Assembly (NCBI RefSeq): GCF_006345805.1
Contig: NC_043004.1
Location: 102,486,001-102,550,000, forward strand
DNA: 64,000 bases
Origin: Octopus sinensis
Taxonomy: Eukaryota
Direction: 5' to 3'
Under the pieces are notes generated by a model that saw only the letters and a program-made list of their open reading frames with translations, did not search any database and was not told the origin of the DNA. Shown here piece by piece: positions 12,331 through 25,742 of the stretch. Positions within the stretch are counted from its first letter, which is position 1. The number at the start of each line of letters is the position of its first letter. The translations under genes and the position numbers were made by a program.

Positions 12331-13097
12331 TTGATAGGTGTCAGAGTCAGTTATACAGTGTCATTCCCAATATTCTGTAAAAAAACATGTTTGTCCATGG
12401 GAAAATATTGGAAACTGGTGAGGGTTGGTGACAAGATGGGCATCAAGCCATAGAAAATCTGCCTCAATAAATTCCATGGAAAAATTAAATCTTAAACACA
12501 CGCGTGCTCACACTCACACAGCAATAAACACCAGCATTTAAAACAAAATTCTGTAGGAACAAATATTACAGATGTTTCTTTTTAAATGTTTTGTAGCAGT
12601 CCTAAGTTGTATGAATTCTTAATTATTATTTTGTAATTTATTGATTCTTTGTATTTGGGTATGACTAATTAATATTCTTAGAATATTGAACAAATCTATT
12701 CACAAAAAAAGATATTGCAATAGTTTGCATGTTAAATTATTTTAATAAATTGCTGCACATAGTTTTAATGTCAGATATGATATACAAATATGTGACAGAA
12801 GAGGATTATGTGATTTATTAATATATAATATAGAATTCTGATTTATTACCATTTGATAAAGTAATATTCCAACAAAATACTCCAAAGAGATATGTGTGTG
12901 TGTATGTGTGGTGTGTTTAGTCTATATTTGTATATTTAGTCTGTATTTGCTAGGTGTGTGTGTATATGTGTAAATAATTCATTTCTTTGTTTAATGTCCA
13001 GTTTTCTATGCTAGCATGATTTGGATGAATACATATATGTTTCATCCTTTCAGTTTTTCTCTAACTTGGCTTCCCGAAGAGTATTATCAAAATAGCA

Positions 13098-13565
13098 TGC
13101 ACAGTGTGGTTAAAGAAACACGCTTTACAATCATGTGGTTTCAGGTTCAGTCCCACTGCTCAGCATCTTGGTTGTTGTCTACAACCTTGCGAGTGGATTT
13201 AGTAGATGGAAACTGTACGGAATTTCATTGTGTGCGCGCGCGTGTGCTTGTTCCCACCACCACCACCACTTGACAACTGGTGTTGGTTTGTTTATGACCC
13301 TGTAACTTAGCAATTCAGCAAAAGAGGCTGATAAAATAAGTACAATATTTAAAAGAAAAAAAAAAAAAACAAGTACTGGGGTTGATTTGTTTGACTAAAC
13401 TAAGGTATCTGCAGCCTTTTGTGAGAGGCAAGCCATATAAGACACGCCTCATCATCAGGCATGCCATTCAGAATGTCCTGCTGGCTGCAGTTTACCCATG
13501 ACTGGATTAAACCCTTAAAGATGGTGCCCCAGTATGGCCATGGTCAGTGACTGAAATAAATAAGA
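13098..13565 (+). mobile_element. SINE family A interrupted by a MITE
   Basis: SINE homology resumes at 13505 after the inserted 13401-13504 segment. Confidence 0.7.
13401..13504 (-). mobile_element. hAT-like MITE nested in the SINE
   Basis: 8-bp target duplication GACTAAAC (13393-13400) / GATTAAAC (13505-13512). Reverse-complement homology to 20212-20360. Confidence 0.65.
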
Positions 13566-13644
13566 GATGATTCTATGATTGTTTATTTTATCAAATGAAA
13601 AATAAGAATCCTTTGACCCTACATATACTCTGCAGTGATGAGTA

Positions 13645-14102
13645 CTGTAAATCCTCGAGTATAGTCTGCCCTTGAGTATAATACGCACCCCTTCTCTAAC
13701 TTGAGTCAAGGAGGTCTGTATAACGTCCTTGGTTTGTAAAAATGTATATGGTAACGTCCTTTATTATTATTGTATATATAACATAATGCCAACGTGTAGC
13801 TTTTTTGTGCATTTTGTTTGCAGAAAATAAAGAAATAACAGTAATAACATTTAATAAATGTTGCTTACTGCAAGTTATGGATGATCCTTTTATGATTTCA
13901 TTGCTTTCATGCTTAGCTTAAGGTATTTTCACGCCCGACATCACAAAATGTGTCTGAATAAATATCGCCAGACAGCAAATAGAGACTCGGACATTGCTTA
14001 GAAAATAATTTTCATTTTTAACCTCATATATAGTATGCACTAGGGATTTTGACCGTTAAATTTGGGGGGGGGGGGATGCGGATTATACTCGAGGATTTAC
14101 AG
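13645..14102. mobile_element. Non-autonomous Tc1/mariner/pogo-type element (MITE)
   Basis: TA|CTGTAAATCCTCGAGTATA ... TATACTCGAGGATTTACAG|TA: perfect 19-bp TIRs with TA duplication. Confidence 0.9.
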
Positions 14103-14486
14103 TACTTTCTTCATGACTACTAACAAATTTTTGTCCTTTCCTGTGTGCAAGTGTATTTGATATACCTTGGATGAGTGTCATGTTCACTGTAGACTTAGTA
14201 GATAAAAATTTATGGAAGCCCATCAGATGCTCTGTACCTAAAATCCAAGATAAAGCCTGAGGATTTTATATTTAGGGTATATCATCTGTGTAATATTCAG
14301 TCACTTGCAATAATTTTGTTTATCAAATACCTCAGCATCAAAACTGATGCAAAGATAATGTTGCATGTTAATGCCTGTCTATGTGTGTGTGGGTGCATAT
14401 ACATACACATTATATATATATAATATGGCTCTACTTTTTTCATAAATTTATTTTCATCTCTTTTGATTTTATTTATTCTTTATTAA

Positions 14487-14705
14487 ATCATTTTGATACC
14501 AAACATGCCTGAAGCTGCCCCTGGTTCAGTGATAAAAACTTCTCATTTCAAAGTAATCTAAATTAAAACTTCCATTAAAATTTCATATTTGTTTGTTCCA
14601 GACATCAGGTTAATAACAACAGTTGTTTTATTAAACCCTTTGTTATTTTCAAAATTAATTAAAATAAAGGCAGTGCATTTGAACAGAAATGTAGTAACGA
14701 ACGTG
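14487..14705. mobile_element. piggyBac-like TTAA MITE, degenerate
   Basis: Flanked by TTAA at 14483-14486 and 14706-14709. Homologous to 48129-48348. Confidence 0.6.
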
Positions 14706-16676
14706 TTAAAGTAACATTATTGATTATTAACTTGTCATTTTAATTTCATTTTAACTTAAGTCTGCAATGAAAATTATCAGTGAGATAAATATGAATAAAA
14801 TTATATCCTTATTTCCATCAAATATATTATTTTCTGTTGTCCTGAGTACAACAGTTATTATTGTCCATTTTGTGATACAATCTCATAAGAATCCATAAAA
14901 TTGATAATAGCAATAGAAAATCTGCAATTTTCACAGGTTTCTTGGATATTGAAAGATAGCAATTGGATATCATTGAAACTTCAATAATATTTTCTTAGTG
15001 TCTGTGTATTGTCAAACAATATTGTTTGACTTTATTTCAATTTATTATGAAGTTATTGAGTCCTGTTAAACCCTTCAGAACTAGAATTAATATTTATCGT
15101 AATGTTATGAAATTGCAGAGTGGTTGAAATAGAGTGTGAAACTAAATTTGGCGACAAAGCTGGCTTTAAATTTTAGATCATTAATAATGACTTCAAATTC
15201 TATATTCAGAGTTCAAAACCTGCTGACATTCATTTTACCTTCCATCCTTTTGAGTTGAAGTAGCATAGATAATATAATAATCTGTTCCCTATCACTACAA
15301 TTTCTGGTTTTGTGCCTATGTAAGAAATCATTGTAGGAATTTTGTAGTTTGCTCGAAGTATTGTGGAATAAATAAAAACATTGATGTAAGAAAGTTGTAT
15401 TCCTATTATTTATCTGGATCCATGTAAACAGTTAAGTACCAGTCAGTTTCATCAACTACTCCTCTCCCCAAAACTTACAGATTTGTTTCTAATTCAAGAA
15501 TTTGTTTTGCATTCAAGTCATTCTTGGGTCAATATTACTATTTATCTTCCTTGATTGAAAGAGATTTTTTCAGGTATGGTTGGTATACATAACTGACAGT
15601 ACACCTTCCCTGAATTTTTTTGCCTTGTGCATCATAAGTTAGAAATTATTGTATTATGTAACAAATTACCATTATATTCATTATTATTTGAATGCTGATA
15701 GCAACACACAAAGAAGATAATTGAATTTAATATGGTAAAATCTAGAATTGGGGGAAATTGATGATGTCAGTAAAAATCAATCAATTGAAAAGTCAAAAAA
15801 TATAGAAATTCATTTATTATAAAGCATATACAAGCTAATGTTTCAGACCTTCTTCTTTGTCTGAGTGTGTGAAAAGGAAGTAAAAGTGGCATTGTTGTTC
15901 AGACACATTAGCTGTACCTGGTTCAGGGATGCCCTTATTCTCCATTCAAGTCAGTCTAATAGTTTTCTTTTGTTGTTCAGTTCCCTGGCATGTATGAAAT
16001 ATATCAGTAATGATATGGGCTTTTATTTAATGAACTATAACCCCTTCTCAACAATAGCATGGTTTTGTACTTGATCCAAAATATACCTCTACAGGTACAT
16101 ACAGCATCACTCTTCTGTAAGAGTAAGTTCTGTGGTCCCCCTACTTTTATGGAGAGTTGGGCGTGGGATGGACTTGTTGTCAGTGTTCAGGTATTTATGA
16201 CAATAATGGGGTAAAAAGGTACTCATTGTTGGCTAGAATTATGGTAATCATTGCAACAAGCTGAGTGAGTAACCACCTCCCTGTACAATTTTCTATTGGC
16301 TGTATTTAGTGTGTGTATGTATGTATACATATAGCTAATGTTCCATCATTCTATTATACTATACACTATACACTTGTATTATGTCTTTTTCCACAAACAT
16401 TCCCCTTTTCTTTTCAAATGAACTTTTCATTTTATTTATTCTTTACATTCTAATGAATTATTAATATAAATCTTCCGGCTCATATTATGTGAGATGTATA
16501 AATATACTCTGTGTGTGTGAGCATGTATATATATATATGATATGATGATGATATATATATATATATGTGTGTGTGTGTTTGATTGTGTATGGAATTATGT
16601 GCATGAGTGGAGAGGTGTCTTTTGTTCAAATGACTGTTACTTATGTGGTCTTTAGAAATCTCACTGACTTTCATAG

Positions 16677-16850
16677 ACCTATGCGCCTGTTGTTAGCATC
16701 CATCAAAATAATACTCCAGTCCCTGCAGGTGTGATCTCTTTAAATACAGGGGCCCCGCCCCCTCCTGCCTTCTATCTCTTCCCCTGCCCATCTACTCTTG
16801 TTGTTGACATCAGCCCCGACAAAACTACTTTGACTAGTGCTGTGGATTAA
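16677..16850 (+). CDS. Candidate Pro-rich coding exon of an unidentified host gene
   Basis: CTGAC...TTTCATAG acceptor. Open frame TYAPVVSIHQNNTPVPAGVISLNTGAPPPPAFYLFPCPSTLVVDISPDKTTLTSAVD*. Internal CAG|GTGTGA donor at 16728/16729. Locally GC-rich and non-repetitive. Confidence 0.3.
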   Translation, partial: TYAPVVSIHQNNTPVPAGVISLNTGAPPPPAFYLFPCPSTLVVDISPDKTTLTSAVD

Positions 16851-16922
16851 ACACCAGAACACACACATAGTCATTGACATATATATTAACAGTATAATTT
16901 TGTAGTTCCATTCCTTCTGCAG

Positions 16923-16984
16923 GTGTATCTTATCTTCTCCGTCCCCCACCACCACCACCACCACTCCTCGCTTGGCTAATTTGA
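16923..16984 (+). CDS. Candidate alternative terminal exon
   Basis: TTCCATTCCTTCTGCAG acceptor. In the phase set by the 16728 donor it reads (G)VSYLLRPPPPPPPLLAWLI*. Confidence 0.25.
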
Positions 16985-18049
16985 ACCAACTTTTAAAATG
17001 TTATTCTTTTTACTATTTTTTTAGCTATATTTTTATATTTTCGCTCCCTTTATTCCTTCTTTTTCCTCATCATTTTTTATTTTGTTCAATTTTTGTTTTG
17101 CCTTCCACCTTACTTTATTTAATTGCTTTTAGTTTCTATTTGTTTTCTCACTCTATATTTCTATTATTGTAAATTCTAATTCTTTCTTCTTTTTTTTTCT
17201 CATTTTCAACCATGTACTTTTCATTAAAGAAAATTCAATAGAATTTGTGAAAGCATTATTGCTATTACGTGCGTATGTATGCATGTGTGTGTGTAACTCT
17301 AAGTTGTTGTTTTTAAGGTTTTAGATAATATCTGTCATATGAGAAATTTATTCATCAATTGATGCGTGTATCGGTAATCCATTTTCACTAGTCTACAAAG
17401 TTGTAATTGCCTTTAAATAGAAGACGGACAGCTGTGCCTGTTCTCTTGTGTGTTTGTTGTAGTACAACATAAATACACTCTCTGTTGTCAAGCTGTGTGT
17501 TGAAAAGAAAACAAGACAAAGCAAAAGAGTAAAAAAAAAGGGGAAAAAAAAAAGCATATTCAGTCTGCAGTTTGTCACCATAATAGAAAAAGTCTCATAA
17601 ATTTAAGTCAGATGTATATTATCCATTAACTTGGCCTAATCAAAATATATACTTTGCTTTGGGTGAAAACAAAATTTTTTTTTTTTTCATATTTTTTTCC
17701 AAATCAGTTTAATGTTTTTATCTATGTCCTTTAAAAAAAATTGTCTTTTTCAAATGAAGATTTTTAACATTAGCACAAGCTGGTAGATCTTAATGGTATA
17801 GTCAGTATTAGCCCTAGTGATTGTCTTTAATTTATCAACCCTGGTAGGATTTGAACTCAAGTATGCGTAGGCATTGTTCAAATTATGGCTTCATCCTAGT
17901 TCAGATATCATTTTCATTGTTTTTCTTTTTCTTTGTAAACTGCTATCCCTTACCTTCTCTAAAATGCAATTTTACAAAATGTGATATCATCATTATAACA
18001 AGAGAAGCAGACATCTACTTTAAAAAGCATTCATAACAAGTATACTGAA

Positions 18050-18099
<50 letters not shown>

Positions 18100-19650
18100 A
18101 TTTTAGATATGAAATAAGAATATTTTTGTTTACTGCTTCAAATTTTATTTTTCTCCTAAGACTTAATGCTAGTTGTGAAAGCTGTTAAAATTTTGGCATT
18201 AATTTTCTTCAATGTGAAGAAAATATTTCGTTCAAGAAACTTTTATAAATTTTCTCAACATAAGTGTAATAAAATATTTCAGCATTTCCCATAAATGAGA
18301 ATTTAGGAAAGCAAATCAGCAAATTTTGAGAGGGCAACAGTATATTTCAGTATTCTTTGCAATTAATGTGGATATTTAAAATGTCTTTGTAATAGTGCAC
18401 TTAAGACTAGTTAGTTTGTCTACTTTGGTAAAATATCATTGTCATTGTACATTTAAACTGGTATGTCAGAAGAATGAAAATACATAAGAAATTGGCATGG
18501 ATGCTGCCCTTTTTGTTTATTTTGCTTTTATTTTAGAAGACCTGTTGGTGAAGCATTTTCTTTTCACACACACACACACACACACACATACACTTCAGGG
18601 GGTTTTGTTTTAACCTTCGCTTACTGCAAATGCTTCTGCAACTGGGATGGTATTGCTGTAGCATGGCCGGAGCCATAGTGTTTCAAATCAGTTATAAAAC
18701 TTTTCTGTTAGACATTTGGTGAAACAGAAATGTATGTTTAATTTGTTTAGAGAAAGAGAGAGAGTATGTATTCTTTCTTTGTGTTATTGCCACCCATTTA
18801 ATTCTAATTATACATCAATATACATGTGTATGTATCAGTAATATTTGTATCTAACCTAAATGCTCTCCCCATACCACATTCCTCTGCATATGCGTATACA
18901 GTCACAGAAGTCTCTCTATATGCGCATAGCATATATGTGTGTGTAACTATAGTTAATTCTTAATCACATTTGTCTCAGATTATAATTATTATATTTGTTC
19001 AAGGTTGGTTTGAAGAGAATAATAGGTTTTTGTTTTTTGCTTAATTTTTAAGTTTTCTATTTGAATTATATTTAATTTTCTGCACAAATGTTTTTAATCT
19101 ACATATGCTTGTGATCTGTGTATGCATATTAGTTTATATATTTTCTCTGCCTGTATGTATTTTGTCTTGTGTGACATGCAAAACTGTCTTCCCTGAATAC
19201 TGTTGTACAAATCTCAGGTTATGTAGGAACCACTATTCAGTCATCATCCTGCTAGAAATAGCAGCCAAGTTTAGTAACCACTAAAACAATTGGTTTTCAT
19301 TTGAAATGATTGTTGGGAAATGAGCTGAGTGGTTATCAGAGTTTCCAGTGGCAGTTAATGTATTTAAATGAACTTGGATAGAAAAACTCCACTCTTCTTT
19401 CATGTGGAAAAGTTATTTCATACACAGGAAAGGATTAACCAATATTGTTGAGTTGTTCTATTCCTCAAATACATACTTCTATGATGCTGTGGGGACTAAT
19501 GAAAAGTTTAGTAGCAACATACAAGCAAAGCACTCAAGATAGATTTTGTTGGTTAACTCTTGATTGAGTTGCCCTGGATCAAAAAGTGAGGCAACTGTAA
19601 CTGTCTCTTTTTCTCCCACCCCACACTCTTTAGAAGTGTAACAACAACTA

Positions 19651-20063
19651 CATCATCATCATTAAATGTCCATTTTCCATGCTGGCATGATCTGGAGAGC
19701 TGCACCAAGCTCCAGCTTGTTTTGGCTTGGTTGCTACAGCTGGATGCCCTTTCTATTGCCAACCACTCCACAGAGTGTAGTGGATATCTTTTATATGTCA
19801 CTGGCACTGGCTACAACCAAGATTTCACTAATTGCCAGAAGTCTCAGTCACTTGACATTACCTCTGTGAGATTCAACAACCGAAAATCATATTTCATTAC
19901 TTCGTCCCACATCTTCCTGGGTCTACCTCTTCCACAGTTTCCCTCCACAATTAGAGATCAATGCTTCTTTGTATAGAACTATCCTAAACCATATGCATTA
20001 CATGACCATACCAGTGCAATCTCTTCCCTTGCACACTACATCTGATGCCTCTTATACCCAATT
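19651..20063 (-). mobile_element. RTE LINE 3' fragment including RT C-terminal remnant
   Basis: Minus-strand translation LGIRGIRCSVQGKRLHWYGHVMHM...VEGNCGRGRPRKMWDEVMK (RTE signature), contiguous with the GGAAGGGCATCC-type UTR and (GAT)n tail. This ties the tail repeat to an RTE LINE. Confidence 0.85.
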
Positions 20064-20211
20064 TTTTTTCTTAATACATTTACACTTTGTCATTATCAAA
20101 TATGCATGTGTTTTTTTAACCTTCCTTTTTTTTTTTTAAATAGTAGGGTGTCATTTATGGAAGATTTTGCTGCTGTTTCTTTGTAGATCAAGCAACAATC
20201 TAGAGCTAGTC

Positions 20212-20360
20212 CAGTCATGGGTAAACTGGTTTGCAGGACTTTCTGAATGGCATGCCTAATGAGTAATTTCCTTAATTTTTTTTTATTAATGTGACCCGCC
20301 TAATGATGAGCAATGGCTCATGTGGCCCACTTCTCATAAAAGGTTGCTCATGTTTGATCT
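20212..20360 (+). mobile_element. hAT-like MITE, degenerate
   Basis: CAGTCATGGGTAA ... TTGCTCATGTTTG degenerate TIRs. Homologous to 13401-13504. Confidence 0.55.
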
Positions 20361-21163
20361 AGAGCCTCTCTAAATTAGGGGCACACACTGCACTTTCTCA
20401 TACACTACTTCATTATGTGAACATGGTTTAGCTATTTGGTCTTGCAGAGATGGACCAGAGGAGCAGGTAGTGAATAGCAGTTTCAATTTGCTAAACAGAA
20501 TTTTAACATTATAGCTATTTTGATGTGTACACTGCCTGATAGATAACTGGATCTATATTGAGGATTTTGACATTCTGTGTTTAATGTTTAGTATTTAAAT
20601 AGCTTTAAGGAGACATATAACAAAGGAGAGCATTTAATTAATCAATACACATAGATAATTTTTATCGCAGTTTTTACTGTGGCTTGCAATTAAGAGTCCA
20701 TTTTAGAGACCTAATGTTATCAGGTCTAGCTGCAGTTACTATGGTGACAAATGTGGTCTGACACTTCCAACTGATATGGATGTATGGAAGATCAAATGCT
20801 AAATATAGTGATGGGGGTAATGTACGTTACACATTTGTATCTCTGTATCTCTGCTAGCTAATGACATAAGAACTGATAGCGATATACATATTCTCATGCA
20901 TTATGTGCACATGCTATTTTTTACAAGGACACAGTTCAACAAAGGTTACATTGCTACAACCTTGAAGTAGCTTCTCTTCTGAAAAATATAGAGTGATCCT
21001 TCAGTTTAATGTTTGATGTGGCTCTGAGTGTACTTTTACTGAAAACTGCTAAAATACCTATTCACTGTCAGTCCGTTTAATTGGACTAATCTGAGATAAA
21101 CAGCGAGGTACTTAAAACATGCAAAGTGTTCTAGAAAATGACGTTGATATTGTATCTCACTCT

Positions 21164-21421
21164 GAAAAGCTCTATCTCCGACGATTTCATCTCAATCGAA
21201 GGATAGGGGCTTTCTCCGTCCGGGTTGCGGATCCGTGGAATAAACTGCCGGACGAGATAGTGAAGATGCTGATGACCGCTCGGTTCAAAGTCTCCCTTGA
21301 CCACAAATGGCCTGAACTCTTTGCATGAACACCACCCTGTACATAACTCCATGTCCCACTACATGGCCTTGCTTTTTGCTTTTTGAGCCAAAAAATTAAT
21401 TTAACTTAACTAACTTAACTT
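21164..21421 (+). mobile_element. CR1-clade LINE, 5'-truncated 3' end
   Basis: HSEKLYLRRFHLNRRIGAFSVRVADPWNKLPDE...KWPELFA*, with the same 3' UTR and (TAAC)n tail as the 54 kb copy. Confidence 0.9.
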
Positions 21422-23780
21422 ATAACTGGTACTTATTTCATTGATCTCAGAGGATGAAAGGAAAACTCAACTGCAGTAAAAGTTTTAGAATATAAAGAGA
21501 AATGAGTAAATATCACAAGATCTTTAATCAGGCATAACGCTTGAAAATTTGGAGAAATGGATATAAAATGATGATGATGATGACATTGACAACTAACAAT
21601 TCTGTTACTCCAACAGTAAGTGATGAGTATTAATAATAATTCCATATTTGTTATGAAGTCTCGAAAGAAGGTGGTTTGAATTTATAGGATTTATACCATT
21701 CCTAAAAATAATGACAAGTGAGACAAATTCAAATGAATTGTCAGAAGTGTTGATTTAAAAAAAAATTTTTATTTCATTAAATTTATTTATTTATTTTAGT
21801 ATGTGCAGTGACCACAATCTTTTCAAGCTCTCTGATGATGCAGTGATTGATGTAGTTGATATTTATCTTTAGCATCTTCAGCAAAGATCCCAACGGGGAA
21901 GGAAATTTAAGTGGTTGATGCTCCTGGGTGGAAAGACTGGGAAAAGTAGTTAGTGTAAAGCTTTGTTGATCAGTTGCCACACAGGTGTCAAGAAGAGAGA
22001 GACAGGTGTGTTGTATGGATTAGGATGGTAATGATACACAACAAGCTATTTGCTAGCCCAATATTAAATCTTTTCCAGGAATTGATGTTAGAGACACAGG
22101 AAAAATGTGTCAAAGCCATCAGGAGGCGTCGATGCTTCCTAGGGCTAAACAGCGGTGGTGTAACCCCCTACAGTCACGGTCACGTTAGATTGACGGTATA
22201 CAACCATTCTATCGCCCCACCACCGTACATATCTCTATGAGAGATTTAGAAATTTAATATTTCTGATGTTAAAGATCTTTTTACAAATAAATAACATAAT
22301 AGGAGTCTGGTTTTGACATTCAAACAATTTTCTGGAGCAATTTCTCTTAGGAATCAAAACATGTTCAGAGATCCAAGAAGTCCATAAAACCTGCAATTCT
22401 TAGAAGAAGAATTAAAAAAGATGTCAGAGTGTTCATGTTACTCTCGAAAGTATTAGTCAATAAAATCGCTTCAGCTAGAGGGGGTTATTCACCTTTTTAA
22501 TTACTTGGCACCACTAAGAGCTAAATTCCAACCTAATATATACAAGCTTCTATGTTGTATCATTAATATGCAAAATATCATTAGAGAAGTTATATACAGA
22601 AATCATATACAATTATTACTGCATTAAATTTGATAAGGAATTGAATCTACCCACACCAGCTGCATTTTGGTTGGTATTGCCAGCTGTATGTTGGCTGATG
22701 TTAAGAAAGGAAATCAAATCTATACTTCAACATCATCATCATCATTATACATGAAATCTGAATGAATAAGTTAACAATTAAAGAGAGATTAACCGAAACA
22801 TATTTTGCTGTATTCTTTCTCTTCTATGAAAGAAATTAAATTAAATAATAAATAACTAATATTAACATGAATTAATTGGTAATTTTATACTGACAATTAG
22901 TGAAGTGGCTATGACAGCTGTATTTTAAGTAAGTAGTCATTAGGTTTAGAGGTCTTTCTGTGAAAAACATAAACCATATATCATTTATACTTAGGAACTG
23001 GAAAGTTGGAAAATGAGACATTGTGGTTATAATGGTTTGCCTAAACAGTATTAGTGTTGATTATGATATTTGAAGGTGGATGGTAAGACATGGAAATACG
23101 TTTGTTCACAAAAATTATGTAATCACTCTACACACACACACGTAAGAGAGATGGTTATATGTAAGGGTCATCTTTGTCATCCATCTCCAGTTATTGAAAT
23201 TACATCAAGAAAATGAACCTAATTTATATATTTTAAATTCTTACTTTCATAATTCTAAACTGTTGTTCATGATGAGGAATCGGGTTTTGTAACCACAAAG
23301 TAGGGTAAAACTTATTGTCAGCCAGGCAAACTGAGAGTGATTTTTATGTGTCATAGCTCAAGATTTTTGTTATTATTTCATAAATTCTTTGAATCACAAG
23401 CTCTGTGATTCAATTTTACTCTGTATCACTAATCAAATAGTAGTATATATGAATATATATGGTTCAAATGCACAGAAAACAAAGGACAGACACGAGAAGG
23501 AACAACAAGCAAGTGTATCTGTTTTGATGCTTGGGGAAAAATGGCAAAGTTGTCAACATTTCGAGCCGACTCTCTTCAACAGAAAGTGCATGTATAAAAA
23601 GTTAAGAAATTCACTTTGCAATCATGGGGACCCATGTTTAATTCTATTGAACACTGCCTTAGCCACAAGTAACTAAAACCTGGTAAGTAAAAGTAGATCA
23701 ATGGAAACTATGGGAATAACTGTACTTGTTATTCAAAGACCAGCCTTGTCACATGCAGTGTTTTGGACATTCTTCATTAG

Positions 23781-23990
23781 CCCTTTGGCACTTAAAGCAG
23801 CCATATCTGGTCCAAATATTCTACCAGTTTTATGTTTAAACCTGCTAGATCCAGCCTGTCATAACTACCCTATAATACCTTTATAAAATGAAACAGTCAC
23901 ATCATCAAAATTTTTAAGCTATGGGATAATGCATAATTAATTCAAAACAATTGAATAAATAAGTATTACATTTAACTGAGTAATTTGAAT
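23781..23990. mobile_element. piggyBac-like MITE, degenerate (second family)
   Basis: CCCTTTGGCACTTAAA start and colinear with 26897-27117. Confidence 0.55.
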
Positions 23991-24712
23991 ATAAATTTCA
24001 CTTACACTATAATTCATTGTCAGTTGCCTAGTTGATCAAACAACTGGATTAGTTGTTGCTGAAAGTGTCTGAGGATCTATTTACTGTACATGCTATCATC
24101 ATGAATTCAAACTTATTGTGTTGAACAGTTGTGTAAGATATATATAATTAATACCATTTAAGCCATTCTGCTCATTTATAGAGCAGTGCAAGTTACATTT
24201 TTACAGTTGTAAGACTAGCCACTAGCTTTACAATTACTCATTCTAATATACTTTATTATATACAAATATCCATATTTGTAAAATAAGTTTCGCTTATTTT
24301 TCTTCATTCTATGTCCAGTTTTCACCTGTGGCTATAATTATCTGTTTGTATGTGACAGCAGATGGCCCTGACAGCTGAACTAAATCCATCTACACATACC
24401 CATCCTCTTTTAACCAGCATTCACTTTTTTCTTCCACCAAACCTATATTTATGTAAAAATAGTGTGTTAATCAAATGACAGCTGGCTTCATCTTGCCCAG
24501 AGAAACAGATGTAAAAAAATGTAATTGATAATAATGCTATGAAGTTGAATGTGCAGACACTTTTGAACAGTATTATGTCAAACTGACCCCATCTTATAGT
24601 CATCAATTCACTCGAAGAGATTGGGTCATAATTCTGCTTACTTCTGTTATGTCACTCTGTTCCCTAATTAAATAAAGTGGCTTTCACTCCTCTCCTAATT
24701 TCACTGTTAAAG

Positions 24713-24813
24713 GATTAGCAGTAGGAATGACATCCAGATGTAGAAATAATTGCGCCAACAAAAACCATCTTGCTCATGCTACCATGAGAAAACAAAAACA
24801 TGAATGTAAAACC
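24713..24813 (+). CDS. Candidate internal exon (unidentified host gene)
   Basis: Polypyrimidine tract with CTAAT branch-like motif, AAG acceptor and ACC|GTATGT donor. Open frame (G)LAVGMTSRCRNNCANKNHLAHATMRKQKHECKT. Confidence 0.2.
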
Positions 24814-25650
24814 GTATGTGAGTGGAAGTGAGTGTGTAAATGAGAGAGAAGTAATAGATTAGTGCTCAGTTACATAACCAAACTAGATGTTAGATATGGA
24901 AGCAAGTACCTTAAAATAATTTAGATACTTTGACATTCAGTTCAGTGTTTCACATCTCTTACATCATCATCATCTTCATCATATGTCTGTCTTACATTCT
25001 AGTGTGGTTTGGATTGGTCATTATGATCCTTGTTAGCTCCTACTCTGAGTTATTGCCTTCTTGGCTAGGTTGAGAAAACCATGTCTTGCTTGCTCAAATT
25101 TCACATAAAGCAACTGAGATTTTCCATCAATCATCTGAGACAATAAAATAAAACACAGAACAGGTACTAGAAATCAATTTGATTAAGATCAATGTGACAT
25201 GAGAAGATATTTCCCCCCAATTACAATGAAGATGTCACTATCAGATTGTTGCAACAAACATCAATAGTGTGCCCATCAAAGTATACACTAACTTCTATCA
25301 CCAAGTACAAATGGGAGATTGACTTTAATGGTAAGACCATGCATACCTATAAATAGATCAGCAGATTATGTCCCAGCCAACACTGAAGCGTCTACATAGT
25401 TGCTTGACTTGATAGAAATAGCTGATAATCTTTCTCAAAGAAATGGCACATTGGATAATGTAATCCCAGATTTCTTATGGTTAAAATAAAAGACAAAATA
25501 GTCACAGCTGGAGTGTTTCCAATTTTAGATTTACTCAATCGAAGCTAAGCTCGTTTTAAATAACATGGTTAAAAACTTTGTACTTAAGAATGATATCAAC
25601 ATTCATTAGAAAGTTTTCAGTAAGCTTTTCACATTTTATAGTAAAGGTGA

Positions 25651-25742
25651 TATTTCTTATATTGATATGAAGTCATAATTATATGTTGGTATTTCTTATA
25701 TTGATATGAAGTCATAATTATATGTTGGTATTTCTTATATTG
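25651..25742 (+). repeat. 39-bp tandem duplication (about 2.4 units)
   Basis: Unit TATTTCTTATATTGATATGAAGTCATAATTATATGTTGG repeated exactly. Confidence 0.95.

Noticed and set aside
21072-21107. 36-nt segment with AG/GT boundaries
   Set aside because: Stop codons in all three frames, so it is not a coding exon. A poison exon cannot be excluded but is unsupported.
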